Below are positions 51,400-64,000 of a stretch of DNA of 64,000 bases, one piece after another. This DNA is from Auanema rhodensis (Eukaryota > Animalia > Nematoda): the NCBI GenBank assembly GCA_964057225.1, contig OZ059895.1:2542001-2606000 (forward strand), written 5' to 3'. The notes under the pieces were generated by a model. That model ran no database searches. It saw nothing but the letters and a program-made list of their open reading frames with translations, and had not been told where the DNA came from. Each line of letters opens with the position of its first letter. Position 1 is the stretch's first letter. A program made the position numbers and the translations under genes.

Positions 51400-54300
51400 T
51401 ATCAGATTTGCGCTAGCTTAAAAATGCACCGAGATATCAACTGATATAAGTTCACACTTATATCCTCGATTTTCACCCTGAAGAATTAATTTTTTCGTTG
51501 AATAACATTGTCCATCGTCTTCGCCTTGAAAAAAAGAATCTAAAAACATCTACTTTTTGCTAAATTATTTTGAAATTTTTCGAAAAAATTTTTGTCAAAA
51601 TGTTTTTGGAAGCAATGTTGAGTGTACATGGAAACTCAACATACACTAATGCATCATTTTTCAAACGATCATAACTAATTTTTGTAATAAGCGTTTCTCA
51701 ATGTAGTATAGTGCATTCGATGCGGATTTTTAAGCTGGGTCGATCTGTGTTATCAGATTTGCGCTAGCTTAAAAATGCACCGAGATATCAACTGATATAA
51801 GTTCACACTTATATCCTCGATTTTCACCCTGAAGAATTAATTTTTTCGTTGAATAACATTGTCCATCGTCTTTGCCTTGAAAAAAGGAATCTAAAAACAT
51901 CTACTTTTTGCTAAATTATTTTGAAATTTTTCGAAAAAATTTTTGTCAAAATGTTTTTGGAAGCAATGTTGAGTGTACATGGAAACTCAACATACACTTA
52001 TGCATCATTTTTCAAACAATCATAACTAATTTTTGTATTAAGCATTTCTCAATGTAGTATAGTGCATTCGATGCGGATTTTTAAGCTGCGTCGATCTGTG
52101 TTATCAGATTTGCGCTAGCTTAAAAATGCACCGAGATATCAACTGATATAAGTTCACACTTATATCCTCGATTTTCACCATGAAGAATTAATTTTTTCGT
52201 TGAATAACATTGTCCATCGTCTTTGCCTTGAAAAATGGAATCTAAAAACATCTACTTTTTGCTAAATTATTTTGAAATTTTTCGAAAAAATTTTTGTCAA
52301 AATGTTTTTGGAAGCAATGTTGAGTGTACATGGAAACTCAACATACACTTATGCATCATTTTTCGAACAATCATAACTAATTTTTGTATTAAGCGTTGCT
52401 CAATGTAGTATAGTGCATTCGATGCGGATTTTTAAGCTGGGTCGATCTGTGTTATCAGATTTGCGCTAGCTTAAAAATGCACCGAGATATCAACTGATAT
52501 AAGTTCACACTTATATCCTCGATTTTCACCCTGAAGAATTAATTTTTTCGTTGAATAACATTGTCCATCGTCTTCGCCTTGAAAAAAAGAATCTAAAAAC
52601 ATCTACTTTTTGCTAAATTATTTTGAAATTTTTCGAAAAAATTTTTGTCAAAATGTTTTTGGAAGCAATGTTGAGTGTACATGGAAACTCAACATACACT
52701 TATGCATCATTTTTCAAACAATCATAACTAATTTTTGTATTAAGCATTTCTCAATGTAGTATAGTGCATTCGATGCGGATTTTTAAGCTGCGTCGATCTG
52801 TGTTATCAGATTTGCGCTAGCTTAAAAATGCACCGAGATATCAACTGATATAAGTTCACACTTATATCCTCGATTTTCACCATGAAGAATTAATTTTTTC
52901 GTTGAATAACATTGTCCATCGTCTTTGCCTTGAAAAATGGAATCTAAAAACATCTACTTTTTGCTAAATTATTTTGAAATTTTTCGAAAAAATTTTTGTC
53001 AAAATGTTTTTGGAAGCAATGTTGAGTGTACATGGAAACTCAACATACACTTATGCATCATTTTTCGAACAATCATAACTAATTTCTGTATTAAGCGTTG
53101 CTCAATGTAGTATAGTGCATTCGATGCGGATTTTTAAGCTGGGTCGATCTGTGTTATCAGATTTGCGCTAGCTTAAAAATGCACCGAGATATCAACTGAT
53201 ATAAGTTCACACTTATATCCTCGATTTTCACCCTGAAGAATTAATTTTTTCGTTGAATAACATTGTCCATCGTCTTCGCCTTGAAAAAAAGAATCTAAAA
53301 ACATCTACTTTTTGCTAAATTATTTTGAAATTTTTCGAAAAAATTTTTGTCAAAATGTTTTTGGAAGCAATGTTGAGTGTACATGGAAACTCAACATACA
53401 CTAATGCATCATTTTTCAAACGATCATAACTAATTTTTGTATTAAGCGTTTCTCAATGTAGTATAGTGCATTCGATGCGGATTTTTAAGCTGCGTCGATT
53501 TGTGTTATCAGATTTGCGCTAGCTTAAAAATGCACCGAGATATCAACTGATATAAGTTCACACTTATATCCTCGATTTTCACCCTGAAGAATTAATTTTT
53601 TCGTTGAATAACATTGTCCATCGTCTTCGCCTTGAAAAAAGGAATCTAAAAACATCTACTTTTTGCTAAATTATTTTGAAATTTTTCGAAACAATTTTTG
53701 TCAAAATGTTTTTGGAAGCAATGTTGAGTGTACATGGAAACTCAACATACACTTATGCATCATTTTTCGAACAATCATAACTAATTTTTGTATTAAGCGT
53801 TTCTTAATGTAGTATAGTGCATTCGATGCGGATTTTTAAGCTGGGTCGATCTGTGTTATCAGATTTGCGCTAGCTTAAAAATGCACCGAGATATCAACTG
53901 ATATAAGTTCACACTTATATCCTCGATTTTCACCCTGAAGAATTAATTTTTTCGTTGAATAACATTGTCCATCGTCTTCGCCTTGAAAAAAAGAATCTAA
54001 AAACATCTACTTTTTGCTAAATTATTTTGAAATTTTTCGAAACAATTTTTGTCAAAATGTTTTTGGAAGCAATGTTGAGTGTACATGGAAACTCAACATA
54101 CACTAATGCATCATTTTTCAAACGATCATAACTAATTTTTGTATCAAGCGTTACTCAATGTAGTATAGTGCATTCGATGCGGATTTTTAAGCTGCGTCGA
54201 TTTGTGTTATCAGATTTGCGCTAGCATGAAAATGCACCGAGATATCAACTGATATAAGTTCACACTTATATCCTCGATTTTCACCCTGAAGAATTAATTT

Positions 54301-57300
54301 TTTCGTTGAATAACATTGTCCATCGTCTTCGCCTTGAAAAAAGGAATCTAAAAACATCTACTTTTTGCTAAATTATTTTGAAATTTTTCGAAAAAATTTT
54401 TGTCAAAATGTTTTTGGAAGCAATGTTGAGTGTACATGGAAACTCAACGTACACTTATGCATCATTTTTCGAACAATCATAACTAATTTTTGTATTAAGC
54501 GTTGCTCAATGTAGTATAGTGCATTCGATGCGGATTTTTAAGCTGGGTCGATCTGTGTTATCAGATTTGCGCTAGCTTAAAAATGCACCGAGATATCAAC
54601 TGATATAAGTTCACACTTATATCCTCGATTTTCACCCTGAAGAATTAATTTTTTCGTTGAATAACATTGTCCATCGTCTTCGCCTTGAAAAAAAGAATCT
54701 AAAAACATCTACTTTTTGCTAAATTATTTTGAAATTTTTCGAAAAAATTTTTGTCAAAATGTTTTTGGAAGCAATGTTAAGTGTACATGGAAACTCAACA
54801 TACACTAATGCATCATTTTTCAAACGATCATAACTAATTTTTGTATTAAGCGTTTCTCAATGTAGTATAGTGCATTCGATGCGGATTTTTAAGCTGCGTC
54901 GATTTGTGTTATCAGATTTGCGCTAGCTTAAAAATGCACCGAGATATCAACTGATATAAGTTCAAACTTATATCCTCGATTTTCACCCTGAAGAATTAAT
55001 TTTTTCGTTGAATAACATTGTCCATCGTCTTTGCCTTGAAAAAAGGAATCTAAAAACATCTACTTTTTGCTAAATTATTTTGAAATTTTTCGAAAAAATT
55101 TTTGTCAAAATGTTTTTGGAAGCAATGTTGAGTGTACATGGAAACTCAACATACACTAATGCATCATTTTTCAAACGATCATAACTAATTTTTGTATTAA
55201 GCGTTTCTCAATGTAGTATAGTGCATTCGATGCGGATTTTTAAGCTGCGTCGATTTGTCTTATCAGATTTGCGCTAGCTTAAAAATGCACCGAGATATCA
55301 ACTGATATAAGTTCACACTTATATCCTCGATTTTCACCCTGAAGAATTAATTTTTTTGTTGAATAACATTGTCCATCGTCTTCGCCTTGAAAAAAGGAAT
55401 CTAAAAACATCTACTTTTTGCTAAATTATTTTGAAATTTTTCGAAACAATTTTTGTCAAAATGTTTTTGGAAGCAATGTTGAGTGTACATGGAAACTCAA
55501 CATACACTAATGCATCATTTTTCAAACGATCATAACTAATTTTTGTATCAAGCGTTACTCAATGTAGTATAGTGCATTCGATGCGGATTTTTAAGCTGCG
55601 TCGATTTGTGTTATCAGATTTGCGCTAGCTTGAAAATGCACCGAGATATCAACTGATATAAGTTCACACTTATATCCTCGATTTTCACCCTGAAGAATTA
55701 ATTTTTTCGTTGAATAACATTGTCCATCGTCTTCGCCTTGAAAAAAGGAATCTAAAAACATCTACTTTTTGCTAAATTATTTTGAAATTTTTCGAAAAAA
55801 TTTTTGTCAAAATGTTTTTGGAAGCAATGTTGAGTGTACATGGAAACTCAACGTACACTTATGCATCATTTTTCGAACAATCATAACTAATTTTTGTATT
55901 AAGCGTTGCTCAATGTAGTATAGTGCATTCGATGCGGATTTTTAAGCTGGGTCGATCTGTGTTATCAGATTTGCGCTAGCTTAAAAATGCACCGAGATAT
56001 CAACTGATATAAGTTCACACTTATATCCTCGATTTTCACCCTGAAGAATTAATTTTTTCGTTGAATAACATTGTCCATCGTCTTTGCCTTGAAAAAAGGA
56101 ATCTAAAAACATCTACTTTTTGCTAAATTATTTTGAAATTTTTCGAAAAAATTTTTGTCAAAATGTTTTTGGAAGCAATGTTGAGTGTACATGGAAACTC
56201 AACATACACTAATGCATCATTTTTCAAACGATCATAACTAATTTTTGTATTAAGCGTTTCTCAATGTAGTATAGTGCATTCGATGCGGATTTTTAAGCTG
56301 GGTCGATCTGTGTTATCAGATTTGCGCTAGCTTAAAAATGCACCGAGATATCAACTGATATAAGTTCACACTTATATCCTCGATTTTCACCCTGAAGAAT
56401 TAATTTTTTCGTTGAATAACATTGTCCATCGTCTTCGCCTTGAAAAAAAGAATCTAAAAACATCTACTTTTTGCTAAATTATTTTGAAATTTTTCGAAAA
56501 AATTTTTGTCAAAATGTTTTTGGAAGCAATGTTGAGTGTACATGGAAACTCAACATACACTAATGCATCATTTTTCAAACGATCATAACTAATTTTTGTA
56601 ATAAGCGTTTCTCAATGTAGTATAGTGCATTCGATGCGGATTTTTAAGCTGGGTCGATCTGTGTTATCAGATTTGCGCTAGCTTAAAAATGCACCGAGAT
56701 ATCAACTGATATAAGTTCACACTTATATCCTCGATTTTCACCCTGAAGAATTAATTTTTTCGTTGAATAACATTGTCCATCGTCTTCGCCTTGAAAAAAG
56801 GAATCTAAAAACATCTACTTTTTGCTAAATTATTTTGAAATTTTTCGAAAAAATTTTTGTCAAAATGTTTTTGGAAGCAATGTTGAGTGTACATGGAAAC
56901 TCAACATACACTTATGCATCATTTTTCAAACAATCATAACTAATTTTTGTATTAAGCATTTCTCAATGTAGTATAGTGCATTCGATGCGGATTTTTAAGC
57001 TGCGTCGATCTGTGTTATCAGATTTGCGCTAGCTTGAAAATGCACCGAGATATCAACTGATATAAGTTCACACTTATATCCTCGATTTTCACCATGAAGA
57101 ATTAATTTTTTCGTTGAATAACATTGTCCATCGTCTTTGCCTTGAAAAATGGAATCTAAAAACATCTACTTTTTGCTAAATTATTTTGAAATTTTTCGAA
57201 AAAATTTTTGTCAAAATGTTTTTGGAAGCAATGTTGAGTGTACATGGAAACTCAACATACACTTATGCATCATTTTTCGAACAATCATAACTAATTTTTG

Positions 57301-58950
57301 TATTAAGCGTTGCTCAATGTAGTATAGTGCATTCGATGCGGATTTTTAAGCTGGGTCGATCTGTGTTATCAGATTTGCGCTAGCTTAAAAATGCACCGAG
57401 ATATCAACTGATATAAGTTCACACTTATATCCTCGATTTTCACCCTGAAGAATTAATTTTTTCGTTGAATAACATTGTCCATCGTCTTCGCCTTGAAAAA
57501 AAGAATCTAAAAACATCTACTTTTTGCTAAATTATTTTGAAATTTTTCGAAAAAATTTTTGTCAAAATGTTTTTGGAAGCAATGTTGAGTGTACATGGAA
57601 ACTCAACATACACTTATGCATCATTTTTCAAACAATCATAACTAATTTTTGTATTAAGCATTTCTCAATGTAGTATAGTGCATTCGATGCGGATTTTTAA
57701 GCTGCGTCGATCTGTGTTATCAGATTTGCGCTAGCTTAAAAATGCACCGAGATATCAACTGATATAAGTTCACACTTATATCCTCGATTTTCACCATGAA
57801 GAATTAATTTTTTCGTTGAATAACATTGTCCATCGTCTTTGCCTTGAAAAATGGAATCTAAAAACATCTACTTTTTGCTAAATTATTTTGAAATTTTTCG
57901 AAAAAATTTTTGTCAAAATGTTTTTGGAAGCAATGTTGAGTGTACATGGAAACTCAACATACACTTATGCATCATTTTTCGAACAATCATAACTAATTTC
58001 TGTATTAAGCGTTGCTCAATGTAGTATAGTGCATTCGATGCGGATTTTTAAGCTGGGTCGATCTGTGTTATCAGATTTGCGCTAGCTTAAAAATGCACCG
58101 AGATATCAACTGATATAAGTTCACACTTATATCCTCGATTTTCACCCTGAAGAATTAATTTTTTCGTTGAATAACATTGTCCATCGTCTTCGCCTTGAAA
58201 AAAAGAATCTAAAAACATCTATTTTTTGCTAAATTATTTTGAAATTTTTCGAAAAAATTTTTGTCAAAATGTTTTTGGAAGCAATGTTGAGTGTACATGG
58301 AAACTCAACATACACTAATGCATCATTTTTCAAACGATCATAACTAATTTTTGTATTAAGCGTTTCTCAATGTAGTATAGTGCATTCGATGCGGATTTTT
58401 AAGCTGCGTCGATTTGTGTTATCAGATTTGCGCTAGCTTAAAAATGCACCGAGATATCAACTGATATAAGTTCACACTTATATCCTCGATTTTCACCCTG
58501 AAGAATTAATTTTTTCGTTGAATAACATTGTCCATCGTCTTCGCCTTGAAAAAAGGAATCTAAAAACATCTACTTTTTGCTAAATTATTTTGAAATTTTT
58601 CGAAACAATTTTTGTCAAAATGTTTTTGGAAGCAATGTTGAGTGTACATGGAAACTCAACATACACTTATGCATCATTTTTCGAACAATCATAACTAATT
58701 TTTGTATTAAGCGTTTCTTAATGTAGTATAGTGCATTCGATGCGGATTTTTAAGCTGGGTCGATCTGTGTTATCAGATTTGCGCTAGCTTAAAAATGCAC
58801 CGAGATATCAACTGATATAAGTTCACACTTATATCCTCGATTTTCACCCTGAAGAATTAATTTTTTCGTTGAATAACATTGTCCATCGTCTTCGCCTTGA
58901 AAAAAAGAATCTAAAAACATCTACTTTTTGCTAAATTATTTTGAAATTTT
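51400..58950. repeat. Imperfect duplication with 14-monomer (4914-bp) offset
   Basis: GTAATAAGC at 51687/56601, AATTTCTGT at 53086/58000, CGAAACAAT at 53692/58606. Boundaries are approximate. Confidence 0.8.
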
Positions 58951-61900
58951 TCGAAAAAATTTTTGTCAAAATGTTTTTGGAAGCAATGTTGAGTGTACAT
59001 GGAAACTCAACATACACTAATGCATCATTTTTCAAACGATCATAACTAATTTTTGTATTAAGCGTTTCTCAATGTAGTATAGTGCATTCGATGCGGATTT
59101 TTAAGCTGCGTCGATTTGTCTTATCAGATTTGCGCTAGCTTAAAAATGCACCGAGATATCAACTGATATAAGTTCACACTTATATCCTCGATTTTCACCC
59201 TGAAGAATTAATTTTTTTGTTGAATAACATTGTCCATCGTCTTCGCCTTGAAAAAAGGAATCTAAAAACATCTACTTTTTGCTAAATTATTTTGAAATTT
59301 TTCGAAACAATTTTTGTCAAAATGTTTTTGGAAGCAATGTTGAGTGTACATGGAAACTCAACATACACTAATGCATCATTTTTCAAACGATCATAACTAA
59401 TTTTTGTATTAAGCGTTTCTCAATGTAGTATAGTGCATTCGATGCGGATTTTTAAGCTGCGTCGATTTGTGTTATCAGATTTGCGCTAGCTTAAAAATGC
59501 ACCGAGATATCAACTGATATAAGTTCAAACATATATCCTCGATTTTCACCCTGAAGAATTAATTTTTTCGTTGAATAACATTGTCCATCGTCTTTGCCTT
59601 GAAAAAAGGAATCTAAAAACATCTACTTTTTGCTAAATTATTTTGAAATTTTTCGAAAAAATTTTTGTCAAAATGTTTTTGGAAGCAATGTTGAGTGTAC
59701 ATGGAAACTCAACATACACTAATGCATCATTTTTCAAACGATCATAACTAATTTTTGTATTAAGCGTTTCTCAATGTAGTATAGTGCATTCGATGCGGAT
59801 TTTTAAGCTGCGTCGATTTGTCTTATCAGATTTGCGCTAGCTTAAAAATGCACCGAGATATCAACTGATATAAGTTCACACTTATATCCTCGATTTTCAC
59901 CCTGAAGAATTAATTTTTTTGTTGAATAACATTGTCCATCGTCTTCGCCTTGAAAAAAGGAATCTAAAAACATCTACTTTTTGCTAAATTATTTTGAAAT
60001 TTTTCGAAACAATTTTTGTCAAAATGTTTTTGGAAGCAATGTTGAGTGTACATGGAAACTCAACATACACTAATGCATCATTTTTCAAACGATCATAACT
60101 AATTTTTGTATCAAGCGTTACTCAATGTAGTATAGTGCATTCGATGCGGATTTTTAAGCTGCGTCGATTTGTGTTATCAGATTTGCGCTAGCTTGAAAAT
60201 GCACCGAGATATCAACTGATATAAGTTCACACTTATATCCTCGATTTTCACCCTGAAGAATTAATTTTTTCGTTGAATAACATTGTCCATCGTCTTCGCC
60301 TTGAAAAAAGGAATCTAAAAACATCTACTTTTTGCTAAATTATTTTGAAATTTTTCGAAAAAATTTTTGTCAAAATGTTTTTGGAAGCAATGTTGAGTGT
60401 ACATGGAAACTCAACGTACACTTATGCATCATTTTTCGAACAATCATAACTAATTTTTGTATTAAGCGTTGCTCAATGTAGTATAGTGCATTCGATGCGG
60501 ATTTTTAAGCTGGGTCGATCTGTGTTATCAGATTTGCGCTAGCTTAAAAATGCACCGAGATATCAACTGATATAAGTTCACACTTATATCCTCGATTTTC
60601 ACCCTGAAGAATTAATTTTTTCGTTGAATAACATTGTCCATCGTCTTTGCCTTGAAAAAAGGAATCTAAAAACATCTACTTTTTGCTAAATTATTTTGAA
60701 ATTTTTCGAAAAAATTTTTGTCAAAATGTTTTTGGAAGCAATGTTGAGTGTACATGGAAACTCAACATACACTAATGCATCATTTTTCAAACGATCATAA
60801 CTAATTTTTGTATTAAGCGTTTCTCAATGTAGTATAGTGCATTCGATGCGGATTTTTAAGCTGCGTCGATTTGTCTTATCAGATTTGCGCTAGCTTAAAA
60901 ATGCACCGAGATATCAACTGATATAAGTTCACACTTATATCCTCGATTTTCACCCTGAAGAATTAATTTTTTTGTTGAATAACATTGTCCATCGTCTTCG
61001 CCTTGAAAAAAGGAATCTAAAAACATCTACTTTTTGCTAAATTATTTTGAAATTTTTCGAAACAATTTTTGTCAAAATGTTTTTGGAAGCAATGTTGAGT
61101 GTACATGGAAACTCAACATACACTAATGCATCATTTTTCAAACGATCATAACTAATTTTTGTATCAAGCGTTATTCAATGTAGTATAGTGCATTCGATGC
61201 GGATTTTTAAGCTGCGTCGATTTGTGTTATCAGATTTGCGCTAGCTTGAAAATGCACCGAGATATCAACTGATATAAGTTCACACTTATATCCTCGATTT
61301 TCACCCTGAAGAATTAATTTTTTCGTTGAATAACATTGTCCATCGTCTTCGCCTTGAAAAAAGGAATCTAAAAACATCTACTTTTTGCTAAATTATTTTG
61401 AAATTTTTCGAAAAAATTTTTGTCAAAATGTTTTTGGAAGCAATGTTGAGTGTACATGGAAACTCAACATACACTAATGCATCATTTTTCAAACGATCAT
61501 AACTAATTTTTGTATTAAGCGTTTCTCAATGTAGTATAGTGCATTCGATGCGGATTTTTAAGCTGCGTCGATTTGTGTTATCAGATTTGCGCTAGCTTAA
61601 AAATGCACCGAGATATCAACTGATATAAGTTCACACTTATATCCTCGATTTTCACCCTGAAGAATTAATTTTTTCGTTGAATAACATTGTCCATCGTCTT
61701 CGCCTTGAAAAAAGGAATCTAAAAACATCTACTTTTTGCTAAATTATTTTGAAATTTTTCGAAAAAATTTTTGTCAAAATGTTTTTGGAAGCAATGTTGA
61801 GTGTACATGGAAACTCAACATACACTAATGCATCATTTTTCAAACGATCATAACTAATTTTTGTATTAAGCGTTTCTCAATGTAGTATAGTGCATTCGAT

Positions 61901-64000
61901 GCGGATTTTTAAGCTGCGTCGATTTGTGTTATCAGATTTGCGCTAGCTTAAAAATGCACCGAGATATCAACTGATATAAGTTCACACTTATATCCTCGAT
62001 TTTCACCCTGAAGAATTAATTTTTTCGTTGAATAACATTGTCCATCGTCTTTGCCTTGAAAAAAGGAATCTAAAAACATCTACTTTTTGCTAAATTATTT
62101 TGAAATTTTTCGAAAAAATTTTTGTCAAAATGTTTTTGGAAGCAATGTTGAGTGTACATGGAAACTCAACATACACTAATGCATCATTTTTCAAACGATC
62201 ATAACTAATTTTTGTATTAAGCGTTTCTCAATGTAGTATAGTGCATTCGATGCGGATTTTTAAGCTGCGTCGATTTGTCTTATCAGATTTGCGCTAGCTT
62301 AAAAATGCACCGAGATATCAACTGATATAAGTTCACACTTATATCCTCGATTTTCACCCTGAAGAATTAATTTTTTTGTTGAATAACATTGTCCATCGTC
62401 TTCGCCTTGAAAAAAGGAATCTAAAAACATCTACTTTTTGCTAAATTATTTTGAAATTTTTCGAAACAATTTTTGTCAAAATGTTTTTGGAAGCAATGTT
62501 GAGTGTACATGGAAACTCAACATACACTAATGCATCATTTTTCAAACGATCATAACTAATTTTTGTATCAAGCGTTACTCAATGTAGTATAGTGCATTCG
62601 ATGCGGATTTTTAAGCTGCGTCGATTTGTGTTATCAGATTTGCGCTAGCATGAAAATGCACCGAGATATCAACTGATATAAGTTCACACTTATATCCTCG
62701 ATTTTCACCCTGAAGAATTAATTTTTTCGTTGAATAACATTGTCCATCGTCTTCGCCTTGAAAAAAGGAATCTAAAAACATCTACTTTTTGCTAAATTAT
62801 TTTGAAATTTTTCGAAAAAATTTTTGTCAAAATGTTTTTGGAAGCAATGTTGAGTGTACATGGAAACTCAACATACACTAATGCATCATTTTTCAAACGA
62901 TCATAACTAATTTTTGTATCAAGCGTTATTCAATGTAGTATAGTGCATTCGATGCGGATTTTTAAGCTGCGTCGATTTGTGTTATCAGATTTGCGCTAGC
63001 TTGAAAATGCACCGAGATATCAACTGATATAAGTTCACACTTATATCCTCGATTTTCACCCTGAAGAATTAATTTTTTCGTTGAATAACATTGTCCATCG
63101 TCTTCGCCTTGAAAAAAGGAATCTAAAAACATCTACTTTTTGCTAAATTATTTTGAAATTTTTCGAAAAAATTTTTGTCAAAACGTTTTTGGAAGCAATG
63201 TTGAGTGTACATGGAAACTCAACATACACTAATGCATCATTTTTCAAACGATCATAACTAATTTTTGTATTAAGCGTTTCTCAATGTAGTATAGTGCATT
63301 CGATGCGGATTTTTAAGCTGCGTCGATTTGTGTTATCAGATTTGCGCTAGCTTAAAAATGCACCGAGATATCAACTGATATAAGTTCACACTTATATCCT
63401 CGATTTTCACCCTGAAGAATTAATTTTTTCGTTGAATAACATTGTCCATCGTCTTCGCCTTGAAAAAAGGAATCTAAAAACATCTACTTTTTGCTAAATT
63501 ATTTTGAAATTTTTCGAAAAAATTTTTGTCAAAATGTTTTTGGAAGCAATGTTGAGTGTACATGGAAACTCAACATACACTAATGCATCATTTTTCAAAC
63601 GATCATAACTAATTTTTGTATTAAGCGTTTCTCAATGTAGTATAGTGCATTCGATGCGGATTTTTAAGCTGCGTCGATTTGTGTTATCAGATTTGCGCTA
63701 GCATGAAAATGCACCGAGATATCAACTGATATAAGTTCACACTTATATCCTCGATTTTCACCCTGAAGAATTAATTTTTTCGTTGAATAACATTGTCCAT
63801 CGTCTTCGCCTTGAAAAAAGGAATCTAAAAACATCTACTTTTTGCTAAATTATTTTGAAATTTTTCGAAAAAATTTTTGTCAAAATGTTTTTGGAAGCAA
63901 TGTTGAGTGTACATGGAAACTCAACATACACTAATGCATCATTTTTCAAACGATCATAACTAATTTTTGTATCAAGCGTTATTCAATGTAGTATAGTGCA

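Larger units (their letters stand above)
1..64000. repeat. Satellite DNA tandem array, 351-bp monomer, ~182 head-to-tail copies, ~32% GC, no interruptions
   Basis: TTGTCAAAATGTTTTTGGAAGC starts at 1, 352 and 7021 (=1+20x351), and a one-base variant starts at 14041 (=1+40x351). The register shifts by 6 bp in total, explained by six 1-bp deletions. Monomer 1 has 111 G+C in 351 bp by hand count. The array runs off both window ends. Confidence 0.99.

Noticed and set aside
4070-59531. Apparent compensatory changes in the 203-224 hairpin (A209T at 4070/8282; T218A at 59531)
   Set aside because: They affect paired positions but occur in different monomers, so they are not compensatory.
1-64000. CRISPR array or other prokaryotic repeat system
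   Set aside because: There are no unique spacers: the entire 351 bp is repeated. No cas or other genes are present.
1-64000. Assignment to a named satellite family or species (e.g. insect ~350-360-bp satellites)
   Set aside because: Length and AT content are similar, but I do not recognise the sequence. A database search is needed.

Overview
The whole window is one uninterrupted, head-to-tail, same-orientation tandem array of a 351-bp AT-rich monomer (about 32% GC, about 182.3 copies). Copies differ from consensus at only a few sites each. This is eukaryotic-type satellite DNA, probably (peri)centromeric or heterochromatic. I cannot assign the organism or a named satellite family. I found no credible gene, RNA gene, transposon, CRISPR array, inversion or array boundary. 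The register is exact except for six copies of one 1-bp deletion (15.8-28.4 kb). Two kinds of structure stand out. (1) The monomer is largely tiled by inverted repeats: perfect 9-bp stems at 24-51 and 203-224, a ~60-bp imperfect palindrome at 130-188 with a perfect 11-bp stem, and a palindromic A/T-tract cluster across the monomer junction. (2) Diagnostic SNPs reveal a patchwork of recent local duplications of 1-5, 9, 12, 14 and 21 monomers rather than a fixed higher-order repeat. One thrice-duplicated variant monomer has lost both in-frame stops of a minus-strand frame, giving a 75-aa ORF that is probably incidental but testable. All counts and alignments were done by eye.
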